Assembly: GCA_964467775.1 (NCBI GenBank)
Contig: CAYXUD010000080.1
Coordinates: forward strand, 1,586-65,585
Reading direction: 5' to 3'
Source of the DNA: an uncultured Bacteroides sp.
GTDB taxonomy: Bacteria; Bacteroidota; Bacteroidia; Bacteroidales; GCA-2748055
Length of the DNA stretch: 64,000 nt
A program made the position numbers and the translations under genes. Shown piece after piece: positions 1 to 9,111 of the stretch. How positions within the stretch are numbered: position 1 is the first letter of the stretch; each line of letters opens with the position of its first letter. The notes beneath the pieces are model-generated. The model ran no database searches. It was not told where the DNA came from and saw nothing but the letters and a program-made list of their open reading frames with translations.

Positions 1-2120
1 TTTTTTTGTACCATTTTATGGTCTGCCACGGCATCCTGGCAGCTTTCATAGATGGCCGAACCCGGCAAAATATCATGAAACTGATTGAAAGCTGCTGTCT
101 CCCACAGGTTACGCAAATCTTCGGCAGGATATTCCTCCCCGGACATCCACCGCAGGCACGAAAGGTATTCTGCCCTGTAGAGCGACTGTTCGCTCCTGCG
201 TGTATTCTCCTTGATCTCGGCCACCGAGGTATAGCATCCTTCGAAGATATATTGCATTTCACCCAGGTGGGTAGGACGATCCATCATTTCAGCTTCTGAA
301 GCCGTAAAGAAATCCTCCGCGGAGGTGAACCTGATTGAAGGGAAACGGGGCGTCGAATCGAGTTTGTGGATCATTTGTATGTCATCGAGGGTTGGTCCAC
401 CTCCGTGGTCCCCTACACCGGTGGGGACAAAAATGCGGCGATGTTGCGGCGATAACCTGTCAATTTCGTTTTTCACTTCAGGTGTAATGCTGTTGTTGTA
501 ACTGTTGCCTGAAAAACAGAGGACCTTTGAATGATCGGGCCCCTGCCACCAGAAGGTTCCTGACAGGGGGTTGCATCGCATGAAGTAGTAATAATTGCAG
601 CCCGCAAGGTTCAGAATTTGCGGGAACTGCGAAATATGTCCGAAATTATCCGGCAGCCAGCCCACATGTGCAATTCTCCCGAAATGATCATAAAAAAAGC
701 GCTGTCCGAGCAAAAATGACCGGCACAATGCCTCCCCGCCTGTAAGGTTGCAATCGCCTTCAGTCCACATCCCTCCAACCGGCTCAAACCGGCCCTCTTT
801 CACATACCCGGTCACTTTTTCAAAGAGCGGAGGATCGATCAGTTTCACAAATTTATAGATGGTTGCCTGGCTTTGCAGCATTCTAAAATCATCAAACTGC
901 TCCATAAAAGCCACCACCTGCCTGAAATTGTCATGAAACATCTTTTCGCTCTCCGAAAAAGTCCACAACCAGTTCATATCCATGTGGGCATGTCCTGTGA
1001 TATGGATATGGTCTCCGGAATGGTCCGGAACATTTTTCAGCTGGCTTTCTAACAGCTGCCTGTAAGCTTCGGCAAGATCGTCATACTTCTCTTCGGCAAC
1101 ATCCTGCAGGGCCTTGAGGACAATCTTATTTGAGACAGCGGTTGTCCCGTACACATCTTTCACAAGCTGCAGCTGACCTGCAACCAGCCTGGTCTCTTCG
1201 CCAGCAACTGAGGGGTCGCCGGATAGCTGCAGGAAGAGGTCAAGACCCAGCGAATTGGGAAGTTCCAGGCTGTTTTCAACACCTTCATAAGTGAGCGTAA
1301 TTGTGGTGCCGGGATCGGATAACATCCCGGCAGCTACAGGAAGGGGAAAGGAGAATGACACGATCTCGCTGTTTCCTGCGGGAAGTGATATCTTTTTCTG
1401 ATCCGCAGGCGAGGTAAACCCCCGGTTTTTCAAACCAACCCATGATTCTCCACTCACCACAGAGCCAAAATTCTTTGCTGTAATCCTGAAATCAACAACC
1501 CTGTCGTGCAAAAGCAGGTCCGTATGGATGATCTGAATATCCAGTGCCCTGGCCATTTCATTTTCAGAAGGCCGATCCGTACCAACGGTTACCGGAACCG
1601 GGTTGTCGAGGTTGCAGATCAGACCCCATCCACCGCCTCCCTGTTCAACTTTTACCAAAACCCGGTTGTACCCCCGGTAAAGTTGCAGTGCGATCACATC
1701 CTCATTTTCGCGCAATGCACGGTCAGCACCTATTTTATCCCATACCAGGTATCCATTGATCCAGACCATTGATCCGTCATCTGAGCCAAGATAGAGTGTA
1801 GCCATCTGGTTTTCCTTTGAATAGACGTATGTCATGGCATAGGCCACGGCATTTGTATTCTCTTTGAACCCGGCAGAGGTAAAATCGAGGGAATGCCGGT
1901 TGATCACCTGCCAGGAGAGACCACCGGCTTTTTCCCCCGGTGCAGGAGAAGCCAATGGCTCATCAATAAATGCCGTTTTGTGCAAATTCGATCTTTCGTT
2001 GTCGCCAAATGAGCCGAGAACCAGCCATTTATCAATAGCCGTATATTGTTGTCCTAACATGCTTACTGGTATTATGGTGAGAATGAGGATTCTGATTAAG
2101 CCTTCAGCAATTCGTTTCAT
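1..2120 (-). CDS. GH38 alpha-mannosidase, N-terminal ~706 codons (3' end runs off the left edge)
   Basis: Absent from the ORF track because it has no stop in the window. Hand translation of the minus strand from ATG 2120-2118 stays open to position 1. It reads MKRIAEGLIRILILTIIPVSMLGQQ (signal-like) ... HITGHAHMDMNWLW ... GGMWTEGDCNL ... WLPDNFGH ... NQFHDILPGS, which are typical GH38 metal-site and catalytic-region motifs. Confidence 0.8.
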   Translation of the reverse strand, partial: MKRIAEGLIRILILTIIPVSMLGQQYTAIDKWLVLGSFGDNERSNLHKTAFIDEPLASPAPGEKAGGLSWQVINRHSLDFTSAGFKENTNAVAYAMTYVYSKENQMATLYLGSDDGSMVWINGYLVWDKIGADRALRENEDVIALQLYRGYNRVLVKVEQGGGGWGLICNLDNPVPVTVGTDRPSENEMARALDIQIIHTDLLLHDRVVDFRITAKNFGSVVSGESWVGLKNRGFTSPADQKKISLPAGNSEIVSFSFPLPVAAGMLSDPGTTITLTYEGVENSLELPNSLGLDLFLQLSGDPSVAGEETRLVAGQLQLVKDVYGTTAVSNKIVLKALQDVAEEKYDDLAEAYRQLLESQLKNVPDHSGDHIHITGHAHMDMNWLWTFSESEKMFHDNFRQVVAFMEQFDDFRMLQSQATIYKFVKLIDPPLFEKVTGYVKEGRFEPVGGMWTEGDCNLTGGEALCRSFLLGQRFFYDHFGRIAHVGWLPDNFGHISQFPQILNLAGCNYYYFMRCNPLSGTFWWQGPDHSKVLCFSGNSYNNSITPEVKNEIDRLSPQHRRIFVPTGVGDHGGGPTLDDIQMIHKLDSTPRFPSIRFTSAEDFFTASEAEMMDRPTHLGEMQYIFEGCYTSVAEIKENTRRSEQSLYRAEYLSCLRWMSGEEYPAEDLRNLWETAAFNQFHDILPGSAIYESCQDAVADHKMVQK

Positions 2121-2185
2121 ATGGGTCGGGTTTCAGGTGATTAATTCAAACATACATATCTGTCATGCCGATGATGTTACTCAAA

Positions 2186-3091
2186 TTACAACATTGAAAC
2201 AGGCAGGGATTGCAGGATCATTCCGGGACCTTCGATTTCAACCCTCAGGATTTCACCGTAATTTCCTTCAAAGAAGTCCAGCATAAAAGGGTATTTCCCC
2301 CTTTTCAGTTCAATTTTTCCCTTCGATATAAAAGGCCCGTGAATGCCATCGTTATCGACAACCATGGTATCATTTACAAACAAACGCGAGCCATCATCGC
2401 TTATGGTTGAAAACCGGTATGGTCCGTCCCCGGGTGAGATCTTGACAGCAGCCGAACTTATGTGGCTGTTTTTGGGAAATGAAACATTTTCGGATATAAA
2501 ATGATAGCTCCCGGAAGTAATTTCACAGCGAAGCACGCCATCCTTGAATCCAAGAAGTTTTACTCCCCCGGCCCTCGTAATTTTCCGGTTTCCTTCACGA
2601 ACATCTGATCTGCCATTTGCAGGGAGATTGATTTTCGCCGTTGTATTGACGGGAATTTCAATGTCCCATGTAAAATTGTTGTCTTCATCCAGTTCCCAGC
2701 TGCTGTAAATTTTACCATACGGTGAATGATGGCTTGCTGTTGCAGATCGCAACTCTTCCGTAACAATGGGCTTCATAAGGATCTCTTTAAAACCGGGTTC
2801 ACCCGGCTTGATCCCCCCGATATTTTCGTAAATCCAGATAATGAGGTCCCCCAGCAACATGGCGTGATTACCCGAGTTCATGGCAGGATCTGCCGTGTTC
2901 CCGTTCCATAATTCCCAGATCGTTGTGGCCCCGTTTTTTGCCATGTATCCCCAGCTTGGGTATTCAGTTTTGGTTGCAAAACGCAGGGCAATATCGGGAC
3001 GTCCATATGCTGTCAATACCCTCTGCAGGTACATGATCCCAATGAGTCCGACCATGATGTGCCCGTTTCCATCAGTTTCAATTTTTTCCAC
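2186..3091 (-). CDS. alpha-L-rhamnosidase (GH78), C-terminal fragment with PA14-like tail; separated from 3078..5348 by the repeat element
   Basis: 301-aa ORF. GNGHIMVGLIGIMYL, YPSWGYMAKNGATTIWELWNGN and GGIKPGEPGFKEILMKP are GH78 motifs. The tail YRFSTISDDGSRLFVNDTMVVDNDG...FFEGNYGEILRVEIEGPG resembles PA14. The GTG at 3091 is only the first start-like codon after the insertion. Confidence 0.8.
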   Translation of the reverse strand: MEKIETDGNGHIMVGLIGIMYLQRVLTAYGRPDIALRFATKTEYPSWGYMAKNGATTIWELWNGNTADPAMNSGNHAMLLGDLIIWIYENIGGIKPGEPGFKEILMKPIVTEELRSATASHHSPYGKIYSSWELDEDNNFTWDIEIPVNTTAKINLPANGRSDVREGNRKITRAGGVKLLGFKDGVLRCEITSGSYHFISENVSFPKNSHISSAAVKISPGDGPYRFSTISDDGSRLFVNDTMVVDNDGIHGPFISKGKIELKRGKYPFMLDFFEGNYGEILRVEIEGPGMILQSLPVSML

Positions 3092-5348
3092 GATATGATT
3101 GAATCCCGCTCGCGCAATCCCCGTAGCTTTGCTGCGGGGTAAGCGAGCACAAATAAAATAATTTATGGATCGAAGATTCCTCGGAGCTTGCTCCGAGGAG
3201 CTTCAATACTGCCTCCCGGTATTTCTCAGGTACCAGGTCAAAACCAAGCGACAACAGGTTGGCGGTGGGTGTATTGTTGCTGTAATAGTTCATCGATTCG
3301 ACAAAGTATTCCTTGTTGTAAGCCACCTTCATGGAATCAGCCAGTGCCTCAAACAGTGCTTCATCTTCCTGAAAACCAAGCAGATTGGCAAAGCGCTGCA
3401 TGATCCTGGCATCATGATAATAGAAAGCAGTTCCGATCAATGCACCACTCGTAATCCTGTCCGGATCGCTGCTGTGGATCATCGACATTTCTTCAGGAGG
3501 CATACACCAGTCACCATAGGTGTCGCGAGGCATCAGGAAACCGGTCATATACCTGTTTTGCATATAGTGCATCCATTTTTTCATGGCAGGATAATGTTCA
3601 TGAACGGCATCTATTCCTCCAAACTGGTCATACAGCATCTCGGCAACCATGATCCCGGTTCCATCCCAGGTCACATTGTCATTATATAATCTCCAGTATG
3701 CAGGGCTGACATCAGGAATACTTCCCTCCCCGGTCTGGTCATCGCGCATATCAGCGAGCCACTTGCGGTAGAGGTTATAATTGTTGAACATGTAACTCTC
3801 ACCCCGGCATCCCGTGGCCCTGTCACCCAACCAGCCCATGCGCTCGTCGCGCTGCGGACAGTCGGTTGGCATACTCCGGTAGTTTCCCCTGATACCCCAG
3901 ACGGCATTTTTATAGACCTGGTTGAGGAGATCACTGGCACAGTCGAAAGTGCCGTTTGTCCGTACGTCGTTATTCACGACGCAACCCAGGATTGTGTTCA
4001 GGTCTGGTTTGCCGGGATACCCTCTGACTTCAACATACCTGAAGCCATGATATGTAAATTTTGGAACCCAGGTTTCCGGTCCATCTCCTTTCAAAGTATA
4101 CATATCGGTAACCTTTGCACTCCTGATATTGTCGAGGTAGAGTGTTCCATCCTTTCTTAAAGTTTCCGCAAAGCGCATCACCACCCTGTCTCCCTGTTTA
4201 CCTTCAACCGACAACTTTACCCAGCCCACCATGTTTTGACCCAGGTCATAGATAAAAACACCCGGGCTCACCTCATTCACCGATACCGGCTTGATATAAC
4301 CCGTCACCCTGATGGGTTCGATCAGCGGTGCTGAAAGCTTTCCCGGGGGTGCCATGACCAGCTCAGCCTTCAACCAGTTTATCGGGGTGTATCCGGGTTT
4401 ATCCCATCCGTAGAGATCCTTCCGCGCATCGTATTTCTCTCCGTCGAATTCGCTGTTTTCCCTAATGGGGCCATTGGCGGTTACACTCCAATTTTCATCG
4501 GAAATAATAACTTCATTGCTGCCATCGCTGTATTCGATATTAATCTGCATGATAAGCTTTGGGAATCCGTAATGCTCCATCTTCATAGGAATGTTATTGC
4601 GCATGGCAAAATAACGTCCATTCCCGAGCACAATTCCAATGGCGTTCTGTCCAATCTCAATCATGGAGGTGACATCAAATGAATTGTAAAAAACCCTCTT
4701 ATTGTACTGGGTGGCATCGGGTGCCAGCACCATATCGCCTGTTTTTTCGCCATTCAGGTGCAGTTCGTACAATCCAAGGCCACTGATATGGGCAGTAGCA
4801 GATTTGACCTCTTTTAAAATTTCAAATTCCCTGCGGAAATAGCGGGCCGCCAGTTTGCGGAATTCCCCTTCAATATCATCTCCGGCAAATGATCTGTCCA
4901 GCCCTATCCATCTGCCCTTCCAATCCTCTTCATTCAGCAGTCCCATTGACCAATACGCCGTTTCAGACCATCCAGATTCAACATCATTTTTACTCCATAC
5001 CTTTACCTTCCAGAAACATGCCTGGCCTGATTTCAGCGGGACACCACTATATTTTATGTTGAGGGACTGGCAGGACTCTATTATTTTTGAATCCCAAAGG
5101 GTTCCATTGTCATTTTCGAGATCTTCGGAGGTGGCTGCAACCAAAACCCGGTATGCCGTTTGTTCTTCTCCCCTCTGTTCCGAAACGGATTGCCAGCTTA
5201 ACGAAGGTTGGAGTATATCAATACCAGAAGGGTTCAATCTGTTTTCACACAACAGATTTACGGGTGAAATTCCTCCGTTTGAATGAGGGTTCTTACTGCA
5301 GCTGAGTAAGATAAGCGTGAGCAGGAAAAGGATTTGAATTGGTTTCAT
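3078..5348 (-). CDS. alpha-L-rhamnosidase (GH78), N-terminal fragment; last ~41 codons are element-encoded or out of frame
   Basis: 756-aa ORF with a lipoprotein-like signal (MKPIQILFLLTLILLSCS). QPSLSWQ...AYRVLVA is the GH78 N-terminal domain pattern. It is contiguous in sequence logic with 2186..3091. The tail LKLLGASSEESSIHKLFYLCSLTPQQSYGDCASGIQ is a translation of the repeat. Confidence 0.85.
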   Translation of the reverse strand: MKPIQILFLLTLILLSCSKNPHSNGGISPVNLLCENRLNPSGIDILQPSLSWQSVSEQRGEEQTAYRVLVAATSEDLENDNGTLWDSKIIESCQSLNIKYSGVPLKSGQACFWKVKVWSKNDVESGWSETAYWSMGLLNEEDWKGRWIGLDRSFAGDDIEGEFRKLAARYFRREFEILKEVKSATAHISGLGLYELHLNGEKTGDMVLAPDATQYNKRVFYNSFDVTSMIEIGQNAIGIVLGNGRYFAMRNNIPMKMEHYGFPKLIMQINIEYSDGSNEVIISDENWSVTANGPIRENSEFDGEKYDARKDLYGWDKPGYTPINWLKAELVMAPPGKLSAPLIEPIRVTGYIKPVSVNEVSPGVFIYDLGQNMVGWVKLSVEGKQGDRVVMRFAETLRKDGTLYLDNIRSAKVTDMYTLKGDGPETWVPKFTYHGFRYVEVRGYPGKPDLNTILGCVVNNDVRTNGTFDCASDLLNQVYKNAVWGIRGNYRSMPTDCPQRDERMGWLGDRATGCRGESYMFNNYNLYRKWLADMRDDQTGEGSIPDVSPAYWRLYNDNVTWDGTGIMVAEMLYDQFGGIDAVHEHYPAMKKWMHYMQNRYMTGFLMPRDTYGDWCMPPEEMSMIHSSDPDRITSGALIGTAFYYHDARIMQRFANLLGFQEDEALFEALADSMKVAYNKEYFVESMNYYSNNTPTANLLSLGFDLVPEKYREAVLKLLGASSEESSIHKLFYLCSLTPQQSYGDCASGIQSYRGKN
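3098..3207 (+). mobile_element. 110-bp hairpin-rich repeat element (MITE/PATE-like), copy 1, inside the GH78 gene
   Basis: Sequence: attgaatcccgctcgcgcaatccccgtagctttgctgcggggtaagcgagcacaaataaaataatttatggatcgaagattcctcggagcttgctccgaggagcttcaat. It is 109/110 identical to 32944..33053. Termini are inverted (ATTGAA...TTCAAT). Hairpins lie at 3119..3139 and 3179..3198. Confidence 0.85.
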
Positions 5349-5405
5349 ATGTTTTATTTATGGCAATTGGTAAGTATTCAAATTTAACAGGAAACTACAA
5401 TCATT

Positions 5406-5531
5406 ATGAAATCTTTCAGCCAACCTTCTCGGTCTGTATCTGCATCATTACATAAATATAACGGCAGCATAGATATATCATCCATATTGAATAAAGGAAC
5501 TGAAATAACTGTTAGTATTCCATTTAATTGA
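5406..5531 (+). pseudogene. orphan C-terminal remnant of a sensor histidine kinase (HATPase_c end)
   Basis: 41-codon ORF MKSFSQPSRSVSASLHKYNGSIDISSILNKGTEITVSIPFN. The segment NGSI...S..NKGTEITVSIP matches the G2-box/C-terminal strand pattern of histidine kinases. No upstream kinase body is present. Confidence 0.3.
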
Positions 5532-5567
5532 AAGGTTATAAAGCATTAGCTGAGCGAACGTCCCAAC

Positions 5568-6686
5568 TTAAAACTGGATACCCAGACGGGCATCCATCAG
5601 GTCGGCTACATGTCCGTGTGACTTGATATTAATGCCCATGTATAACCGATCAGTAAATCTCAGATCCAGGCCGTATCGCTGGTATACCCGGTGCCTTGCC
5701 GGGCAGGGTGCATAACAATAGATCCCCCATTGGTGAACAAAGGAGAAACGGCCGAATAGAAGATCGAATCCCACCAGAATTGCCACCCTGTTGTGGTCGG
5801 GTGCAGAACCGGGATCATTGATATACTCCCGGCGTATTTTTTCCTTCACTGAAAGATCTGAAATCCACTCTGTACCCGCATTGATGGCTAATATCCTCAA
5901 TATAAGATAATTATAATATATGCCAGTACCCATTACAGGATAGTGTTTTTCTTCACCATTGTCGACATTTTTCCTCGTTCCGAGGATATAGAGGTTCCAC
6001 CAGGATTTATCGGGATACAATACCCGCATGGTATCTTTTGCCCTGCAGGGGAAATTGACTTCCGTAAAACTGTAATCAAATCCTGCATTCAGAGCAGGGA
6101 AATTCATCCCCACGTTTGGCTGCTTTAATCCCCCGTTTGAAATATGGTTGTAATTGAAGGCTGCCCGGGCAGAAATACTGTTGCTCAGGCGATAGTTCGC
6201 GGCAACATTCACCACGACAATAAAACTCAGGTGGTTGCTGAAGAAGAAATTGTCCGGGTTGGTTTCGGCATCATAGATCCTGGTGAGCCAGGCGGGACCC
6301 ATTCCAAAACGGATAGAAATACTGATTTTATTTTGTGGCCGGATATAGGGTTCGATATAAGGGTATGGCGCAACCGAATGACCCAGGACTTCAGGGAAGC
6401 CGAAATTGAAATAATTGAGGGAGATACCGGTACGTGGATAGCAATAGCAGTATTTCCAGATTCTCTCTCGAATCAGGTGCCAGGCCAGATCAACCTCAAT
6501 TCCCCATGGATTCGAATTTGATATTTCGGCAATGGCCCTCGAGTGTGGAATAATAAAACCATAATGTCCACGGATCCCGATACTGATGGGATTTATCAAC
6601 TCATCACTATTCTGGCATTCAGCATTTGCAGCTTGCAGGAGGAAAAGCGATGCGCATAGCAACTGGACTGTGTGCAATGGTTTCAT
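5568..6686 (-). CDS. outer-membrane acyloxyacyl hydrolase / lipid A deacylase (PagL)-like protein
   Basis: 372 aa with a signal peptide. GHYGFIIPHS near the N-terminus and NYNHISNGGLKQPNVGMN (H-x-S-N catalytic-type motif) are as seen in Bacteroidota proteins annotated as acyloxyacyl hydrolase. It ends in an aromatic residue like beta-barrel OMPs. Confidence 0.55.
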   Translation of the reverse strand: MKPLHTVQLLCASLFLLQAANAECQNSDELINPISIGIRGHYGFIIPHSRAIAEISNSNPWGIEVDLAWHLIRERIWKYCYCYPRTGISLNYFNFGFPEVLGHSVAPYPYIEPYIRPQNKISISIRFGMGPAWLTRIYDAETNPDNFFFSNHLSFIVVVNVAANYRLSNSISARAAFNYNHISNGGLKQPNVGMNFPALNAGFDYSFTEVNFPCRAKDTMRVLYPDKSWWNLYILGTRKNVDNGEEKHYPVMGTGIYYNYLILRILAINAGTEWISDLSVKEKIRREYINDPGSAPDHNRVAILVGFDLLFGRFSFVHQWGIYCYAPCPARHRVYQRYGLDLRFTDRLYMGINIKSHGHVADLMDARLGIQF

Positions 6687-6908
6687 CCTTTAACAAAGTT
6701 AGGCAAGGGCAGGTTCCAATTCAACCTCCGGACATGTTGCAGGGATTAGCTGAGAATATTAGTTAAGATTCGGACAGTACTTTTCAGTTAATAGTATGCT
6801 GCCAGTGGGGAAAGAACAACAGGAGGAGAGGTCACTCATTTTTGAATATATGCGCTTTCAGCAATACAGCCAAGAGAAAATAATTTATTGGTGGTTTTCT
6901 TGCAGGTA

Positions 6909-8276
6909 CTACTCAGATCGTCCGCCTGTACTCATGGGATCGCCTTTGTATCCCAGTTGTTCCCAGTTAAGTCTCTTTGATTCTTTCTTTGTATGGCAAT
7001 CTGTACATTTCAGTGATTTTTCGGCAGGAGCAACCATATGATTGATGGGCCAGTACATGGCTGTTTCCACAAAATTAAATTCACCCGAATAGGCCAAATG
7101 GCTGGCAGCCATTCCCAACGCTGAAGCGCTGTCCCAATCGTATGTTTTCCAGTAGCCATCTTCGCCGAACAATTTGGGAGTAATTAAATAGAGGTTTTGG
7201 GAATCGTAAATCTGTTTGCCACGCATCACCTTGAATGGGGTAATTTTGGCCTTCTCATCGCTGATATTTCCAGTGAGCCTGTTAAGCTCTACCACTTTTT
7301 CAGGATCAATCTTCTCTCCAAACTGGTAATAATCAGCTTGCCCATTGTGCCACCTGTACTCCGGGACCACATTTTTCTCCCAGATGAAATCACCCTTTTT
7401 CTTGTCGTAGAGCGGCATTCCGAATGCATCATTTTTAACGGTTTTGTCCTGTCCGGCAGAGGACCAGTCCCACCATGTCTTTGTGGGTTCCTGGCGGGCA
7501 AAGGAGGGGATATGACATGTTTCGCATGCCACGGATCTGATGTGATCATTCACTATCTTTTTGCCATGGGGTTTTTCATCGTGACAGTCCAGGCAGGCAA
7601 TGTGATTGGTTCCGGCAGCCAGTGAACCGTGACTTGCCCCAAGAATCCGGTGATTTTCTCCGGCGTGACAGTCGGAGCAGCTAAAACCAAGCTTACCCAT
7701 ATGAACGTCCAGGGCTGGCGAAGGATTCAGCATGCTTCCATCCATATCCCCATGTTTCACCCCGGTTCCACCACCACCATTGAAATGACAAACGCTGCAG
7801 TTACGGATGGTGGTTCTTCCCACACTCTGCGCCACTTTAATCAGATCGACCGAAGGATCGGGCATGCCTGCTCCTGTGGGCACCTTTTTATAGGTTCCGG
7901 TCTGTTCGTGACAAATCAGACAATCAATGTTGTTTCCGTCTGTAAAGTCAAATGTCTCATCTTTCCAGCCAAAACCAATATGGCAACTCGTGCAACGGGC
8001 CCAATTTGAGACTAAGGAGATGCAATAGTTATTGATGATGTTTTGCTTTCCCACCCTCAATGTGTCCCCCTCCTTATTGACAAATTCATCACCCAACCAG
8101 TTCCAGTGCCTGGTTTTCATGATATCCTTGTCAATGCCATCATGGCAAAGCAGACATGTTTCCGTAACTTCCTGAGGGGTGGTAAAAGGACCATCAATTA
8201 ATTCCGAATGGTCTTCCTGCGCAAACATGGGGATTACAAATAGCAGTACGAATAGAATTGTAGTCGGAGTTTTCAT
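6909..8276 (-). CDS. octaheme c-type cytochrome, tetrathionate-reductase (Otr) family-like
   Basis: 455 aa with a signal peptide and eight CxxCH motifs: CLLCH, CTSCH, CLICH, CSVCH, CSDCH, CLDCH, CETCH, CTDCH. Size and heme count fit the Otr octaheme family. Confidence 0.7.
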   Translation of the reverse strand: MKTPTTILFVLLFVIPMFAQEDHSELIDGPFTTPQEVTETCLLCHDGIDKDIMKTRHWNWLGDEFVNKEGDTLRVGKQNIINNYCISLVSNWARCTSCHIGFGWKDETFDFTDGNNIDCLICHEQTGTYKKVPTGAGMPDPSVDLIKVAQSVGRTTIRNCSVCHFNGGGGTGVKHGDMDGSMLNPSPALDVHMGKLGFSCSDCHAGENHRILGASHGSLAAGTNHIACLDCHDEKPHGKKIVNDHIRSVACETCHIPSFARQEPTKTWWDWSSAGQDKTVKNDAFGMPLYDKKKGDFIWEKNVVPEYRWHNGQADYYQFGEKIDPEKVVELNRLTGNISDEKAKITPFKVMRGKQIYDSQNLYLITPKLFGEDGYWKTYDWDSASALGMAASHLAYSGEFNFVETAMYWPINHMVAPAEKSLKCTDCHTKKESKRLNWEQLGYKGDPMSTGGRSE

Positions 8277-8466
8277 CTCTTTTATGTAACCTAAATGTGT
8301 ATCATTTTAGCGATATTACTTGAAACTGCCCTTCCGGAATATCTGAGCAATTATAAGGAAGTAAATCCAATTAAATATAGGCAGAATATACAATTTAAAA
8401 GAATATGAAATCCACAATCGAGAAGAATCATCCAGTCCTGAGGAGGATGCAATTACGATCGAGGAT

Positions 8467-8763
8467 TTATCGTTTGATCATGCGTGATTCAATCTCTTTG
8501 ATATGATCAACCAGAAACGGGGAATCAATTCCCGATACTGCCTTAATCCATGTCTTTAGCCTGAGGTTTTGTTCATATACCTTCTGACAGCTGCGCTTTT
8601 CCTCTTCGTCTGTTATTGTATTGTTATTGTTATATATGGATTTTAAATTCTCCAGCAAACGGTCCTTCTCCCGGCACCATTCGGAGTTGCGTTCATCGCA
8701 ATTACACTTTGCTTCATCAATCCACTGGAACAATCCCTCCGGGATATAGATTCTGTGCTTCAT
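8467..8763 (-). CDS. hypothetical protein (98 aa)
   Basis: ORF track only; no recognisable motif. Lies in an AT-rich context. Confidence 0.3.
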   Translation of the reverse strand: MKHRIYIPEGLFQWIDEAKCNCDERNSEWCREKDRLLENLKSIYNNNNTITDEEEKRSCQKVYEQNLRLKTWIKAVSGIDSPFLVDHIKEIESRMIKR

Positions 8764-9111
8764 ATAATTACTTGATTTTAAAATCTTATACTGATTTCCA
8801 ACATGTTTGGTACTGAGAAAAAGTACCTTTTTTCGTTGTGATGATCGCGGAATATAGCCTCCTCCAGTTTTTCGAATTCAATGAATTTCTTGTACACCAC
8901 ATGACTGTGGTCATCTGAACCATTTTTGTCTTTCAGAGAATCAATCCCAGCTCTTTGCAATTCAAAGATAGGCAATAAAACCAACAGTTGGGGATGCAAT
9001 CAGGGTAAAAATGGCCAGTATCCCAGACATGCAATAGATAGCAACAGGAATGAAATAGAGATGGACGAAAATATTCTCATTATTTTTGTTGCATAATACC
9101 TACAGAGCTCA

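Noticed and set aside
3098-3207. The element could be a self-splicing intron or an intein-like insertion, which would leave the GH genes functional.
   Set aside because: At about 103-110 nt it is far below group I/II intron size. I see no recognisable intron core or IEP. Stops in two of three frames exclude an intein. RNA-level removal is left only as a testable long shot in the findings.
8778-9100. Small minus-strand ORFs (73 aa, plus a 26-codon hydrophobic ORF upstream in another frame), considered as a frameshifted membrane protein gene.
   Set aside because: There is no recognisable family motif and the ORFs are short. I cannot distinguish a relic from chance ORFs in AT-rich DNA, so it is not reported as a feature.
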